Of a DNA stretch of 64,000 nucleotides, positions 49,823-60,428 are shown piece by piece. A model generated the notes under the pieces. That model did not search any database, was not told the origin of the DNA, and worked only from the letters and a program-made list of their open reading frames with translations. The stretch lies in contig JBASWU010000101.1 of assembly GCA_049276635.1 (NCBI GenBank), forward strand, positions 6,414 through 70,413, written 5' to 3'. How positions within the stretch are numbered: the first letter of the stretch is position 1; every line of letters starts with the position of its first letter. This stretch comes from Solirubrobacterales bacterium. Lineage in GTDB: Bacteria > Actinomycetota > Thermoleophilia > Solirubrobacterales > JACPNS01. Made by a program: the position numbers and the translations under genes.

Positions 49823-51130
49823 CTACTTAAGGCCGCGACGAAGGGCCGCGCGCCGCTCCTTGGCCTCCCGTCGAAACCCCGAGCGCGGCACGTAGGACGA
49901 GATTGACTCGTAGCCGGTCAGGTAGATCCGGTTCCCGTCCGAAATCACGGGGTTGTACGCGCCGCTCCCACGGAAGAACACACGCCGGCCGCTCTTGGTG
50001 CTCAGTCCGAATGTGTTCGTCGTGTCGATCGTCGAGAAATAAACCACGCCGCCGACAACCGTCGGCGCGCCGCTGATCTGGCCGCCGGAGTTGAACGACC
50101 AGCGCACCGCCCCGCTCCGCGCGTTGAGCGCGTAGAAGTTTTTGTCATACGAGCCGACGAACACCGTCGGGCCGACTCCCTCGACGTTGTCGACGGCGGC
50201 GGCCCCGTACACGAATGCACCGGTCCCCTTAGACCAGCCCAGTTGGCCGTTGGACGTCGAGAACGAGTAGACCTTGCCGTCGGTGTTGCCGAGATATACG
50301 CGTCCGTACGCGACGGCCGGAGTCGCATAGAAATTGCCGGAACCGAACCCGAAGCGCGCGCCGCTGGTCGAGCTACGCCAGACACGGGTCCCGCTGCGGG
50401 CGCGGACGGCGTGGACCGTCCCACCGTAAGCGCCGGCGAAGATCTTGCCGTCGGCAAAGGCCGGCCCACCCTTGATCGCCCCACCGGCGTTGTAGGTCCA
50501 CTCGACTCGGCCGTTGCTCTGCTTGACGCGATAGAGAGTGCCGCTTTCGCTGCCGAAAACAATGCCGTCGCCAAGCACCAGCGGAGACGACTCACTGCGC
50601 GACCCGAGATTCTTCGCCCAGCGGATTCGTCCGTCGCGCGAGTTCATCGCGACTACCCTGCCGCTCAGCGTGACGACGAAGATCCTGCCGTCGGCGTAGG
50701 CCGGGGACGCGGCGCTGAGTGAGCCGACCTTGCGCGTCCAACGCTGCTTTCCGGTCTTGGCGTTGATCGCGTAGACGCGAGCATCCTTGCGCACGACATA
50801 AAGAGTTCCGCGCACGAGAATCGGTGAGAATTCGAGCAGTTGATTTGCGTTGAAGCGCCACAGCGCGCGCATCGGCGGCTCAACGGCGGCCCCAAGCGCC
50901 CGTGTTCGATCCGCGCCGCGGCCGTAGACCGGCCAGACGAACGTCTCGGGCCGGACGCTGAACTCGCGGCGCGGCTGTTCCCTGAACTCAACGTTCGGGT
51001 TGGAAACATCGCCGGTGCGGCCGTTGATCCAGATGTAGGCCGCAAAAACCAAACTGCCGGTCAACAGCGCGACCGCCGCAAGCCGGACTAGCCCGTCCTC
51101 GCGCGCCCTTGAGTATCTGCGTTTCGGCAT
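49823..51130 (-). CDS. Membrane-anchored PQQ-like (BamB/YVTN-type) beta-propeller repeat protein
   Basis: MPKRRYSRAR + TM (LAAVALLTGSLVFAAYIW), then at least 6 repeats of the type VYAINAKTGKQRW / VVAMNSRDGRIRW / LYRVKQSNGRVEW / VHAVRARSGTRVW / VYSFSTSNGQLGW / FYALNARSGAVRW. The upstream ORF extension to 51433 is rejected. Confidence 0.8.
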   Translation of the reverse strand: MPKRRYSRAREDGLVRLAAVALLTGSLVFAAYIWINGRTGDVSNPNVEFREQPRREFSVRPETFVWPVYGRGADRTRALGAAVEPPMRALWRFNANQLLEFSPILVRGTLYVVRKDARVYAINAKTGKQRWTRKVGSLSAASPAYADGRIFVVTLSGRVVAMNSRDGRIRWAKNLGSRSESSPLVLGDGIVFGSESGTLYRVKQSNGRVEWTYNAGGAIKGGPAFADGKIFAGAYGGTVHAVRARSGTRVWRSSTSGARFGFGSGNFYATPAVAYGRVYLGNTDGKVYSFSTSNGQLGWSKGTGAFVYGAAAVDNVEGVGPTVFVGSYDKNFYALNARSGAVRWSFNSGGQISGAPTVVGGVVYFSTIDTTNTFGLSTKSGRRVFFRGSGAYNPVISDGNRIYLTGYESISSYVPRSGFRREAKERRAALRRGLK

Positions 51131-51169
51131 CTTGGGCACGATAAAGCGCCGACCGGCATCGGCGGCCGT

Positions 51170-52450
51170 ATGCTCACAGCTGATTCCGACGTGATGGCGC
51201 GCATGCAAGACACCAAGATCGAGGCCCTGCGGCTGCTGCCGGGGGCGCCGGCGCTGTTCGATGCGCTCGCCGATCGGCCGGGGGTGTACCTGGTCGGCGG
51301 TGCGGTCCGCGACCTGATGCTCGGTTTCGCGCAGTTCGATTTCGATCTCGCGGTCGAGGGCTCGGCCGAGCAGGTCGCCGACGACCTCGTCTCGAAACTC
51401 GGCGGGCGCGCGATCATTCACGAGCGCTTTCAAACCGCGACTTTCGTTGGCGCCGACGGCGACCTCGTGATCGACATCGCCGAGACCAGGACCGAGATCT
51501 ACGAGCGACCGGGAGCTCTGCCGACGGTCACGCCGGCGAGCCTGAGCGAGGACCTCAGACGGCGCGATTTCACCGTCAACGCTATCGCGGTCGCGTTATG
51601 GCGGGCAGAACTCGGGTGGCTGGTCGAGTTCGATGGGGCATCGGCCGACCTCGCGGCCCGGATCCTGCGAGTGACGCACGACAAAAGCTTCATCGACGAT
51701 CCGACCCGTCTCCTGAGATTGCTGAGATACGGGGCTCGTCTCGGGTTCACGGCCGAGCCGCACACCGAAGCCCTCGCGCGGGCGGCGATCGATCAGGGCG
51801 CCGCCGCGACGGTCAGCGGCGCGCGGATCGCCGACGAGTTGATGGACGTGCTGGCCGAGCGCTCGGCGATCGCGGCGCTCGACTCGATGTGCGCGCTCGG
51901 CCTTGACCGCGCGCTGCATCCTCATTTTCACGCCGACGAGTATCTGGCCTCTCGGGTGACGATCGGCGCCGCCGAGGGGCTCAGCCAGGACCTGCTGCTG
52001 CTGGCCGTCTGCTGTATCGAGATGTCCGAAGGCGAACTCGTCGCGTGGCTCGACCATCTCGGCCTTGAACAGCACCGCCGATCGACGGTCCTCGACGCGG
52101 TACTGCGTCACGGCGAAGTACTCGAAGCCGTCGCGCGCGCCGGAGCGGCGTCGCAACTCGACAGCGCCCTGCGCCGCTACCGGCCCGAGACGATCCAGCT
52201 GGCGGCGTCGTTGCCGCGGGCCGACCCGGAGACCGCTGAGCTTGCCCGCCACTGGCTTCACGCTCGCCGCGACGATCATCTGCGGATATCCGGTGCCGAT
52301 CTGCGGTCGGCGGGAATACCGGAGGGCCCGTCGATCGGCAGGGCGCTCGCCGCGGCGCTGGCCTTGGCGATCGACGAAGGCGTCGAAAGCCGCGACGAGC
52401 AGCTGCGACGTGCGCTGACCGTCGCCAGATCCGATGCGCACCGAGCGTGA
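51170..52450 (+). CDS. tRNA nucleotidyltransferase (CCA-adding) / poly(A) polymerase family protein
   Basis: VYLVGGAVRDLMLG...FDFDLAVEG...RRDFTVNAIAV (Pol-beta nucleotidyltransferase head) plus a helical body. CCA-adding versus poly(A) activity was not resolved. Confidence 0.8.
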   Translation: MLTADSDVMARMQDTKIEALRLLPGAPALFDALADRPGVYLVGGAVRDLMLGFAQFDFDLAVEGSAEQVADDLVSKLGGRAIIHERFQTATFVGADGDLVIDIAETRTEIYERPGALPTVTPASLSEDLRRRDFTVNAIAVALWRAELGWLVEFDGASADLAARILRVTHDKSFIDDPTRLLRLLRYGARLGFTAEPHTEALARAAIDQGAAATVSGARIADELMDVLAERSAIAALDSMCALGLDRALHPHFHADEYLASRVTIGAAEGLSQDLLLLAVCCIEMSEGELVAWLDHLGLEQHRRSTVLDAVLRHGEVLEAVARAGAASQLDSALRRYRPETIQLAASLPRADPETAELARHWLHARRDDHLRISGADLRSAGIPEGPSIGRALAAALALAIDEGVESRDEQLRRALTVARSDAHRA

Positions 52451-53130
52451 TTAACGTCTCGCTCGAAAACGCCGAGGTCCTCTTCACGACCCGGGCCGGC
52501 GGAACCAGCGTCGGTGGCTTCAGCTCGCTGAATCTCGGGTCATTCGTCGGCGACGACCCGCTCGCGGTTTCGGCAAATCTCGAAATCGTCCGGGAACTCG
52601 CCGGAGTCGGCCGGCTGGAGATCGTTCGTCAAGTACACGGTAATGAGATATTCGAGCCACCCTCCGGCGCGCCGGCTCAACCGCCGGACGCCGATGGCTT
52701 GTTGACTTCGCGGCGGCTGCTCGGCCTGGTTGTGACCGGAGCGGATTGTCCGCCGCTGGTGCTGGCGACCCGCGATCACGTCGCCGTGTTGCACTGCGGC
52801 TGGAGATCGATCGCCGCGGGGATCGTCGAACGGGGCATCGAGGCGCTTGGCGAGGCATCGATTCAGGCGGCGATCGGACCGGGGGTGTCGGCAGAGCACT
52901 ACGCGGTCGGCTGCGAGGTCGTAACGGCGATCGGGGCCGATGCCGAACCTGCCTACCGTGATGGTCATTTATCGTTGCGCGAGATTTTACGGCTGAAACT
53001 CGCGCGGGCGGGGGTCGATCTGGCGGCCGACGTCGACCGCTGTACCTACGCCGAGCCGGCGGAATTCTTTTCCTATCGCAGAGACGGCGCCGCCTGCGGC
53101 AGACAGGCGGCCGTGGCATGGCGCCGCTGA
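52447..53130 (+). CDS. pgeF: YfiH/PgeF-family (Cu-oxidase_4 / laccase-domain) protein
   Basis: ...VRQVHGNEI......DADGL.T......L.V.GADC.P......HV.VLHCGWR....GI.E... GTGA overlap with the upstream gene. Confidence 0.8.
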   Translation: MINVSLENAEVLFTTRAGGTSVGGFSSLNLGSFVGDDPLAVSANLEIVRELAGVGRLEIVRQVHGNEIFEPPSGAPAQPPDADGLLTSRRLLGLVVTGADCPPLVLATRDHVAVLHCGWRSIAAGIVERGIEALGEASIQAAIGPGVSAEHYAVGCEVVTAIGADAEPAYRDGHLSLREILRLKLARAGVDLAADVDRCTYAEPAEFFSYRRDGAACGRQAAVAWRR

Positions 53131-53780
53131 GCGCGGACGCGCCGACGATCGCGGCCAACCTCGACCGCGTCCGCTCGCGGATTGACGCCGCGTGTGAACG
53201 GGTCGGACGTAGCCCCGGATCGGTATCGATCTGCGCGGCGACCAAGTACGTACCCGCCGAGCGGATGGCTCCGCTGCTCGAAGCCGGCGTGCGGATCGCG
53301 GGCGAAAACCGGCTCCAAGACCTGATCGTCAAGCAGGATCGGTTCGCGGACTCATTTGAGTGGCACTTCATCGGCGCGATGCAGTCGCGGAAGGTTCGCG
53401 AAATCGCCTCGCGAGTCAGCACGATCCATTCGCTTGGGACCGAGTCGGCCCGCGACAGGCTCGCGGCGTTCGACGGCCCGACGCCGCGCGTTCTGATTCA
53501 GGTCAACATCGCCGCCGAGCAATCGAAACAGGGCGTAGCTCCGGAGGCGCTGGCGGACTTCATCGCCGGATGCCCGATTCCGGTGGCCGGACTGATGACT
53601 ATGCCGCCGCTGGCACCGCAACCGGAAGACGCTAGACCGCATTTCCGGGCATTGGCCACGCTCGCCGCCGAGCACGGTCTTAAAGAGCTGTCGATGGGCA
53701 CGTCGCAGGATTTCGAGATCGCCGTCGAGGAAGGGGCGACGATCGTTCGCCTCGGCTCGGTCCTGTTCGCCGCCAATTAG
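53118..53780 (+). CDS. yggS: YggS-family pyridoxal-phosphate homeostasis protein
   Basis: ICAATKYVP......LLEAGVR..GENR.Q.L..K......WHFIG..QSRK......IHS......QVNIA.E.SK.GV......MTMPP...LSMGTS.DFE.A.EEGAT.VRLGS.LF. Confidence 0.9.
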   Translation: MAPLSADAPTIAANLDRVRSRIDAACERVGRSPGSVSICAATKYVPAERMAPLLEAGVRIAGENRLQDLIVKQDRFADSFEWHFIGAMQSRKVREIASRVSTIHSLGTESARDRLAAFDGPTPRVLIQVNIAAEQSKQGVAPEALADFIAGCPIPVAGLMTMPPLAPQPEDARPHFRALATLAAEHGLKELSMGTSQDFEIAVEEGATIVRLGSVLFAAN

Positions 53781-53827
53781 ACTCCCGTGGGAAGGATTCG
53801 CTCGAATTCGGACGAACCACCCTGCAA

Positions 53828-54349
53828 ATGGCGGTAAAAGACACATGGCATCGCACGCTGGTCTACTTCGGTCTAGCCGAAGACAACCACGAGTATTACG
53901 AGGACGATCGAGACTACGAGCCCGAGAGTGAGCTCCAGGAGAGCTACGCCGATCGCCCCAACGTGCGCCGCATCAACTCGCGGCGCAAACGCGATGACTT
54001 TGACGACATCTTCGCCGAAGACGTCGGTGACACGCCGACCCGCACGCTCAGGGCCGTGGGACCGAAGACCGCCGGCCGGATGCATTTTTCCGCGCCGCAG
54101 AGTTTCAACGAGGCCCAGCAAATCGCCGACAAGTTCAAAGACCAGGTTCCGGTGATCCTCAATCTCCAGGAGACCGAGACCGATCTCGCCAAACGGCTGA
54201 TCGACTTCGCCAGCGGTTTGACCTATGCGCTCGACGGTGGAATGCAGCGCATCGCCGACAAGACCTTTCTCCTGACGCCGCGCAACGTTCACTTCTCGGC
54301 CGAAGAACGTGCTCGCCTGATGGAACGCGGATTCTTCAACCAGGCCTGA
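53828..54349 (+). CDS. sepF: Cell division protein SepF
   Basis: C-terminal SepF domain: PQSFNEAQQIADKFKDQVPVILNLQETETDLAKRLIDFASGLTYALDGGMQRIADKTFLLTP. Confidence 0.9.
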   Translation: MAVKDTWHRTLVYFGLAEDNHEYYEDDRDYEPESELQESYADRPNVRRINSRRKRDDFDDIFAEDVGDTPTRTLRAVGPKTAGRMHFSAPQSFNEAQQIADKFKDQVPVILNLQETETDLAKRLIDFASGLTYALDGGMQRIADKTFLLTPRNVHFSAEERARLMERGFFNQA

Positions 54350-54381
54350 GCCTCGCAAGCGCGCCACTAGGCTTGCGTCTC

Positions 54382-55122
54382 ATGAAAATCGGCTTCATCG
54401 GCAGCGGCAACATGGCTCGGGCGATCGCCCTCGGTCTCGGTCAGCCGGGGATGTTCAGCGATTCCGGATCCGGCCGTGCCGACAAGCTGGCCCAGCTGAC
54501 CGGCGGAACGGCGGCCGATCCCGAGGAAGTCGCCGGGTCGGCCGAAATCTTGTTTCTCTGCCACAAACCCGCTCAGATGGCCGAAATCGCCACGCGCATC
54601 GGTCACTTTGACGGTGTCGTTGTATCGGTGCTGGCCGCAACGTCGTTGAGCTCGCTGCGTCATGCGTATCCCGTCGCCACCATCGTTCGAGCGATGCCGA
54701 ACACCCCGGTCGAACTCAACGCCGGCGTTATCTGCGTGGCCGGCGAGAGCGACGCCTCCCCCGAATGCGACGTAATGCTTGAGCGGCTCGGGCGTGTCGT
54801 TCGCCTACCGGAGTCGCAGCTCGACCTGGCGACGGCCATCGGTGGATGCGCGCCGGCCTTTTTCGCTCTGTTCGCCGGGTTGCTACTCGAGCAGGCGACC
54901 GTCAGGGGGATGGACCCGGAAATCGCCCGCGTGATCGTCGGCGGGACGCTCGCGGGGACCGCCTCGCTGCTCGATGCCAACGCGATGGACACCGCGGCCA
55001 CGATCGCCGCCGTCGCCTCGCCGGGCGGTCTGACCGAACGTGCCCTGGCGAGTTTCGATCAATCCGGCCTCAACGGCGCGATCGGCCGCGCGGTCGCTAC
55101 GGTGCTCGGCGAGCCAACCTGA
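54382..55122 (+). CDS. proC: Pyrroline-5-carboxylate reductase
   Basis: MKIGFIGSGNMARAIALGL...KP......RAMPNTP......SPGG.T. A short form of about 246 aa. Confidence 0.8.
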   Translation: MKIGFIGSGNMARAIALGLGQPGMFSDSGSGRADKLAQLTGGTAADPEEVAGSAEILFLCHKPAQMAEIATRIGHFDGVVVSVLAATSLSSLRHAYPVATIVRAMPNTPVELNAGVICVAGESDASPECDVMLERLGRVVRLPESQLDLATAIGGCAPAFFALFAGLLLEQATVRGMDPEIARVIVGGTLAGTASLLDANAMDTAATIAAVASPGGLTERALASFDQSGLNGAIGRAVATVLGEPT

Positions 55123-55140
55123 GCCGATGAGGAGCAAATC

Positions 55141-55437
55141 TTGATCTCTGCGATCACCCGTGTGGACATCGCCGATTACCTGAGCACACTGATCTGGATC
55201 TACACGATCCTCATCCTGGTCAGAATTTTGCTGACCTGGATCCCGCGAATCCCGTACAACCCGGTACTTCGCAGCGTTATCCAGTTTGTCGAGGATGTCA
55301 CCAATCCGTATCTCAATCTGTTTCGCCGCTTGATCCCGCCGTTGAACGTCGGCGGCGGCGGCCTCGATCTGAGCCCGATCCTCGCGATCCTGACGCTCAG
55401 CATCGTCGGCATAATCGTCAACCTGATCGCCGGGTAG
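55141..55437 (+). CDS. yggT: YggT-family membrane protein
   Basis: YLSTLIWIYTILILVRILLTWIP....NP......V.DVTNPYLNLFRRLIPP.....DLSPILAIL. TTG start. Confidence 0.8.
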   Translation: MISAITRVDIADYLSTLIWIYTILILVRILLTWIPRIPYNPVLRSVIQFVEDVTNPYLNLFRRLIPPLNVGGGGLDLSPILAILTLSIVGIIVNLIAG

Positions 55438-55441
55438 GTGT

Positions 55442-55753
55442 TTGCGAGTGGCCGTCGCGTGCCTGAGGTCGTCACCGGACGGGGTCGTCATCGCCGTGCG
55501 TGTCGCGCCGCGCGCCGCTCGCGCGATGCTCGACGGCGTACGTGACGGCCGGCTGATTGTGCGTGTCAACGCGCCGCCGATCGACGGCGCGGCGAACGCC
55601 GCGGTCTGCAAACTGCTCGCCAAGGCGGCTCGGCTGCCGGCGAGCCGCGTTCGGGTTTTACGCGGGCGAAACTCCAGAGACAAACAGATCGAACTGGCCG
55701 GCGCCGATCTCGGCTTGATCGAGGAAATTCTGCCGCTCGGTCCCAACCGTTGA
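55442..55753 (+). CDS. DUF167 (YggU-like) protein
   Basis: ...V.V.PRA.......G..DGRL.VRV.APP.DG.AN.A....LAKA...P.S.V....G..SR.K.... matches the YggU pattern. Confidence 0.7.
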   Translation: MRVAVACLRSSPDGVVIAVRVAPRAARAMLDGVRDGRLIVRVNAPPIDGAANAAVCKLLAKAARLPASRVRVLRGRNSRDKQIELAGADLGLIEEILPLGPNR

Positions 55754-56265
55754 AACTCCGCTCCGACATCAAAGCCGATCGAGCGGCGCTGACCGCTTTG
55801 GCGATGATCGCGATCGACCAAGGGGCGAAGTCGCTCGCGTTCTCATCGGTTGCCGCCGGCGACGAGGCCGATCTTCTGCCGGCGATCACGATCAGTCAAA
55901 CCCGAAACGACGGGATCGCGTTCGGCATGTTCTCGGGGCGTCCGTGGGTCGTTTTTGGCCTGATGTGTGTCGCTCTGAGCGTTCTTCTCTGGTTCTACGC
56001 ACACAACCGTACGCGCCCGGTGCTTTGGCTGGCGACCGGGATGCTGCTGGGCGGCGCGCTCGGAAACGCGATCGATCGCGTCCGTCTCGGCTACGTGCGC
56101 GATTTCATCAACCTGCCGCACTGGCCGTCGTTCAACATCGCCGATGTCGCGATAACCCTCGGAGTCCTGGTGCTCGTGCTTTCGGCCGAGCGCGCCGAGC
56201 TTGCCGACCGAGACAGATCCGCCGAACCGCCGGGCAATCCCGAACCGGATGATCCGCAGAGTTGA
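55750..56265 (+). CDS. lspA: Lipoprotein signal peptidase (signal peptidase II)
   Basis: DQGAKS...NDGIAFGM...GGALGNAIDR...G.V.DF......P.FN.AD..I..G. Confidence 0.85.
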   Translation: MKLRSDIKADRAALTALAMIAIDQGAKSLAFSSVAAGDEADLLPAITISQTRNDGIAFGMFSGRPWVVFGLMCVALSVLLWFYAHNRTRPVLWLATGMLLGGALGNAIDRVRLGYVRDFINLPHWPSFNIADVAITLGVLVLVLSAERAELADRDRSAEPPGNPEPDDPQS

Positions 56266-57148
56266 TTTGACGGTCCCGGACAGCGCGAGCGGTAAACGGC
56301 TCGACGTTTATCTCGGCGAGCACGTGGAGATCGGCTCCCGCTCCCACGCGGGAAAACTGATCGACGCCGGAGCGGTCACCGTCGACGGGCTGCCTGCGAA
56401 AAAAGGCAGCCTGGTGACGGGGGCGCAACGGGTGACAGTCGAAATCGCCGGCACGCAGGGGGACGCGTCGCAGCCGGCGGTACCGTTCACCGTGATCTAT
56501 GAGGATGCCGATCTACTGGTAATCGACAAACCCGCGGGCCTCGTGGTTCATCCCGCCCCAGGGAATCCGACCGGGACTCTTTCCCAGGCGTTAACCGGGC
56601 GTGCCGGCGGGGGCGATCGATCCCGGCCGGGGATAGTTCACCGGCTCGACAAAGATACATCGGGGCTGCTCGTGGTCGCGCGAAGCGACACGATCCTTCG
56701 GGCGCTACAGGAAGATCTGCGCGAGCGCCGCATCGCGCGTGAGTACACCGCACTTGTCCGCGGCCGTCCCGAGTCCCGCGCCGGGACGATCGACGCGCCG
56801 CTTGGCCGCGACAGGCGGTTGCCGCAGCAGGTCAGCGTGCGCGCCGATTCCCCGCGCGCGGCCGTAACTCACTTCGAGACGATCGAGGACCTGCCCGGCC
56901 ATACCCTGCTGCGGGTCCGGCTCGAAACCGGCCGAACCCACCAAATTCGCGTCCATCTGGCGGCCATCGAACTGCCCGTCAGCGGCGACACGTCCTACGG
57001 TGTCGCCGGCGATCTCGGGCTGGATCGCCAGTTCCTTCACGCCTCGAAATTGTCGTTCACGCATCCGGCCAGCGGTGAGCGGTTAAGCATTTCGTCCGAG
57101 TTGCCCCCGGCGCTCGCCCACGCACTGCAACGCGCGCGCGGCGGCTGA
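56249..57148 (+). CDS. rluD: RluA-family 23S rRNA pseudouridine synthase (RluD-type)
   Basis: N-terminal S4 domain (GKRLDVYL...SRS....I..G.V.V.G), HRLDKDTSGLLV.A and Y.ALV.G...G.I.AP. Start at ATG 56249 overlaps the lspA end. Confidence 0.85.
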   Translation: MIRRVDLTVPDSASGKRLDVYLGEHVEIGSRSHAGKLIDAGAVTVDGLPAKKGSLVTGAQRVTVEIAGTQGDASQPAVPFTVIYEDADLLVIDKPAGLVVHPAPGNPTGTLSQALTGRAGGGDRSRPGIVHRLDKDTSGLLVVARSDTILRALQEDLRERRIAREYTALVRGRPESRAGTIDAPLGRDRRLPQQVSVRADSPRAAVTHFETIEDLPGHTLLRVRLETGRTHQIRVHLAAIELPVSGDTSYGVAGDLGLDRQFLHASKLSFTHPASGERLSISSELPPALAHALQRARGG

Positions 57149-57325
57149 GCGCCAGCGGCGCTGGGGCGAGGGCGCTAAGCTCCGCGGCATCCAACTACCC
57201 GTGCCGCTCGCCGCAAAACAGTCACTTGGCGAGGCGGACACTCCTGCCGGGCTCTCCTCCGAGAGCATCAATCAACCGGTCAAACCGCAGGCACGGTCTT
57301 TACACACTCACTCAAGGAGACTGAA

Positions 57326-58438
57326 TTGGCCACTCCAGGCATCAAAGAGCTGCTGCAAGCGGGCGTGCATTACGGGCACCAGACCCGTCGCTGGAACCCG
57401 AAGATGCGCCGCTACATCCACGGTGAAGCCGGCGGGATCTACGTAATCGATCTGCTGCAGACCGAGCGTCTGCTCGAAGACGCTCGCGAATTCGTCGGCG
57501 GGATTGCCCGCAAAGGCGGCACGGTGCTGTTTGTCGGCACCAAAAAACAGGCGCGCGACGCGGTTCGCGAGACTGCAGAGGCCGCAAAAATGCCGTTCGT
57601 CAACCACCGCTGGCTGGGTGGCGTTCTGACCAATTTTCAGACGATCAACAAACGCATCAAGCGCCTGCACCAGCTCGAGGGGCTGCAGGCCGAGGGCAAA
57701 CTCAACCTGCTGCCGACCAAGGAGCGCATGAAGGCCGAAAAGGAGCTCATAAAGCTCAACGCCAACCTAGGCGGCGTCAAGGACATGGCACGGCTTCCCG
57801 ACGCGGTCGTGGTCGTCGACGTCAACTCCGAGGACATCGCCGTCAAGGAGGCCAAACGCCTGCGTATTCCGATCGTGGCGCTGGTCGACACCAATTGCGA
57901 TCCCGAAGCAATCGATTACGTGATCCCCGGCAACGATGACGCGATCCGCTCCTGCAAGGTCATTCTCGGCGCGCTCGGCGAGGTAATCGGTGAACGGCGC
58001 GGCGAGTGGCAGGCCGAATTCGAGCGCAAGGCCGCCGAAGAGGCGGAACGCAAGCGCAAGGAAGACGAAGAACGGGCCAAGAAGGAAGCCGACGAGAAGG
58101 CTCGTCTCGAGGCCGCCCGCGAGGCCGGAGAGCCGGTCCCAGAACCGCTCCCCGAAGCAACCTGGAAGGGCGACGCCCCGAAGGAAGACCCGGAACCGCC
58201 GCCGCGCGGCCGCGGCGGTCCCGGCGGTCCAAGGGGGGGAGGCCGTGGTGGACGCCGCGACTCCGGCCCGGCCCAGGCCCCGACCGAAAAACAGCCCGCC
58301 GCCGACAAGCAGCCGGTCGCGGAAAAACCGGCCGATGATAAGCCTGTCGAGGATCCCGGCGCGGATGCGGCCGCGGATCAGCCCGCGGAGGCGGTCGTCG
58401 CCACGAAGGAACAAACGACAGCGGGCGAGGAGAGCTAG
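57326..58438 (+). CDS. rpsB: 30S ribosomal protein S2 with a C-terminal charged, RGG-rich extension of about 110 aa
   Basis: (TTG)[28 protein letters not shown]......IDL..T......FVGTKKQA......RWLGG.LTN. The tail contains ...[25 protein letters not shown]... AAGGAG lies upstream. Confidence 0.95.
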   Translation: MATPGIKELLQAGVHYGHQTRRWNPKMRRYIHGEAGGIYVIDLLQTERLLEDAREFVGGIARKGGTVLFVGTKKQARDAVRETAEAAKMPFVNHRWLGGVLTNFQTINKRIKRLHQLEGLQAEGKLNLLPTKERMKAEKELIKLNANLGGVKDMARLPDAVVVVDVNSEDIAVKEAKRLRIPIVALVDTNCDPEAIDYVIPGNDDAIRSCKVILGALGEVIGERRGEWQAEFERKAAEEAERKRKEDEERAKKEADEKARLEAAREAGEPVPEPLPEATWKGDAPKEDPEPPPRGRGGPGGPRGGGRGGRRDSGPAQAPTEKQPAADKQPVAEKPADDKPVEDPGADAAADQPAEAVVATKEQTTAGEES

Positions 58439-58440
58439 AG

Positions 58441-59040
<600 letters not shown>

Positions 59041-59095
59041 CGCCGGCCGGGCTCGCCCGTTGGCCGCCAGACACCGTTAGGATCGCCGCGACCGT

Positions 59096-59821
59096 ATGCC
59101 TGAATCGACACCAAAGTTCCAACGAGTGCTGCTGAAACTATCCGGCGAGGCCCTCCAGGGCTCGCAGGACTACGGCGTCGATCCCGAACGAATCGACACG
59201 ATCGCGCGGCAGGTCCACGAGATCGTCGAACGCGGTGTTGAGGTCGCGATCGTCGTCGGTGGCGGCAACATCTACCGCGGCATGAGCGGTGCGGCGGCCG
59301 GCATGGATCGCGCGACCGCCGACTACATGGGAATGGTCGCCACCATCCTCAACGCGATTGCGCTTCAGGACGCGATCGAGCGTCAAGGCACCAATACGCG
59401 CGTGCTGTCGGCGATCAGCATGTCCGAGGTCGCCGAGCCCTACATCCGCCGCCGGGCGATGCGGCATCTCGAGAAGAAGCGCTGCGTTATTTTCGCCGCC
59501 GGCACCGGCAATCCGTTTTTCACCACGGATACGGCCGCGGCGTTACGCGCTCTTGAAGTCCACGCCGAGGTGATCTTGATGGCCAAGAATGGCGTCGATG
59601 GAGTGCTCGACGCCGATCCCAATGAGGTTGCCGACGCGAAGCTGATTGAAGCGATCACCCATCACGACGCGATTTCCCGCGGGCTACGCGTGATGGATGT
59701 CACGGCGCTCTCGTTGTGCATGGACAACCGATTGCCGATCTATGTTTTCAATATGAATGACGAACGCAATATCGCCCGAATCATCGACGGCGAGCGAGTT
59801 GGAACGGTGGTGAGTTCTTGA
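59096..59821 (+). CDS. pyrH: UMP kinase
   Basis: [12 protein letters not shown]......G.D.......A..V.E....[14 protein letters not shown]...; [23 protein letters not shown]. Confidence 0.95.
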   Translation: MPESTPKFQRVLLKLSGEALQGSQDYGVDPERIDTIARQVHEIVERGVEVAIVVGGGNIYRGMSGAAAGMDRATADYMGMVATILNAIALQDAIERQGTNTRVLSAISMSEVAEPYIRRRAMRHLEKKRCVIFAAGTGNPFFTTDTAAALRALEVHAEVILMAKNGVDGVLDADPNEVADAKLIEAITHHDAISRGLRVMDVTALSLCMDNRLPIYVFNMNDERNIARIIDGERVGTVVSS

Positions 59822-60387
59822 GCGACGAGACGATCGACGCGCTGTTGTCTGACGCCGACGAGCGAATGCTCAAGTCGGTCGAGAATTCGCGCGAGAAGTT
59901 CGGCACGGTGCGCACCGGGCGCGCCAGTCCCGCGTTGCTCGATCGAGTGAACGTCGATTACTACGGGACGATGACGCCGCTGCGGCAGATGGCCAACATC
60001 GCCGCCGCCGAGGCCCGGCTACTGACAATCGCGCCGTACGACAAATCGGCGCTGCAGTCGATCGAGAAAGCGATCACCGACGCCGATCTCGGCCTGACGC
60101 CGAACAACGACGGCAGTGTCATACGCATCCAGATACCGGAGTTGACCGAGGAACGCCGCACCGAGATGGTCAAACAGGTTCGCGCGTTGGCCGAGGAGGG
60201 GAGGATCGCGATTCGCAACGTGCGTCGCGAAGTCATGCACGATCTCAAGGAGCTCCGCACCGGCGGTGACGTCGGTGAGGACGACGAGAAACGCGCCGAA
60301 GCCGACCTGCAGAAGCTGACCGACCGGCACATCGGCGAGATCGACGCCCTGCTCGCCGGCAAAGAATCCGACCTGCTTGAAGTCTAA
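59818..60387 (+). CDS. frr: Ribosome recycling factor
   Basis: ...MLKSVE.....[25 protein letters not shown]......L.I.PYDKS....[28 protein letters not shown] start overlaps pyrH. Confidence 0.95.
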   Translation: MSDETIDALLSDADERMLKSVENSREKFGTVRTGRASPALLDRVNVDYYGTMTPLRQMANIAAAEARLLTIAPYDKSALQSIEKAITDADLGLTPNNDGSVIRIQIPELTEERRTEMVKQVRALAEEGRIAIRNVRREVMHDLKELRTGGDVGEDDEKRAEADLQKLTDRHIGEIDALLAGKESDLLEV

Positions 60388-60428
60388 GTGCCCCGGCGTA
60401 AACCCGGCCCGCGGCGGATTGAGCGGCG

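Noticed and set aside
51131-51433. N-terminal extension of about 100 aa on the PQQ-repeat protein ORF
   Set aside because: The extension is antisense to the 5' end of the divergent nucleotidyltransferase gene. The internal MPKRRYSRAR start followed by a TM helix gives a canonical membrane-anchor N-terminus.
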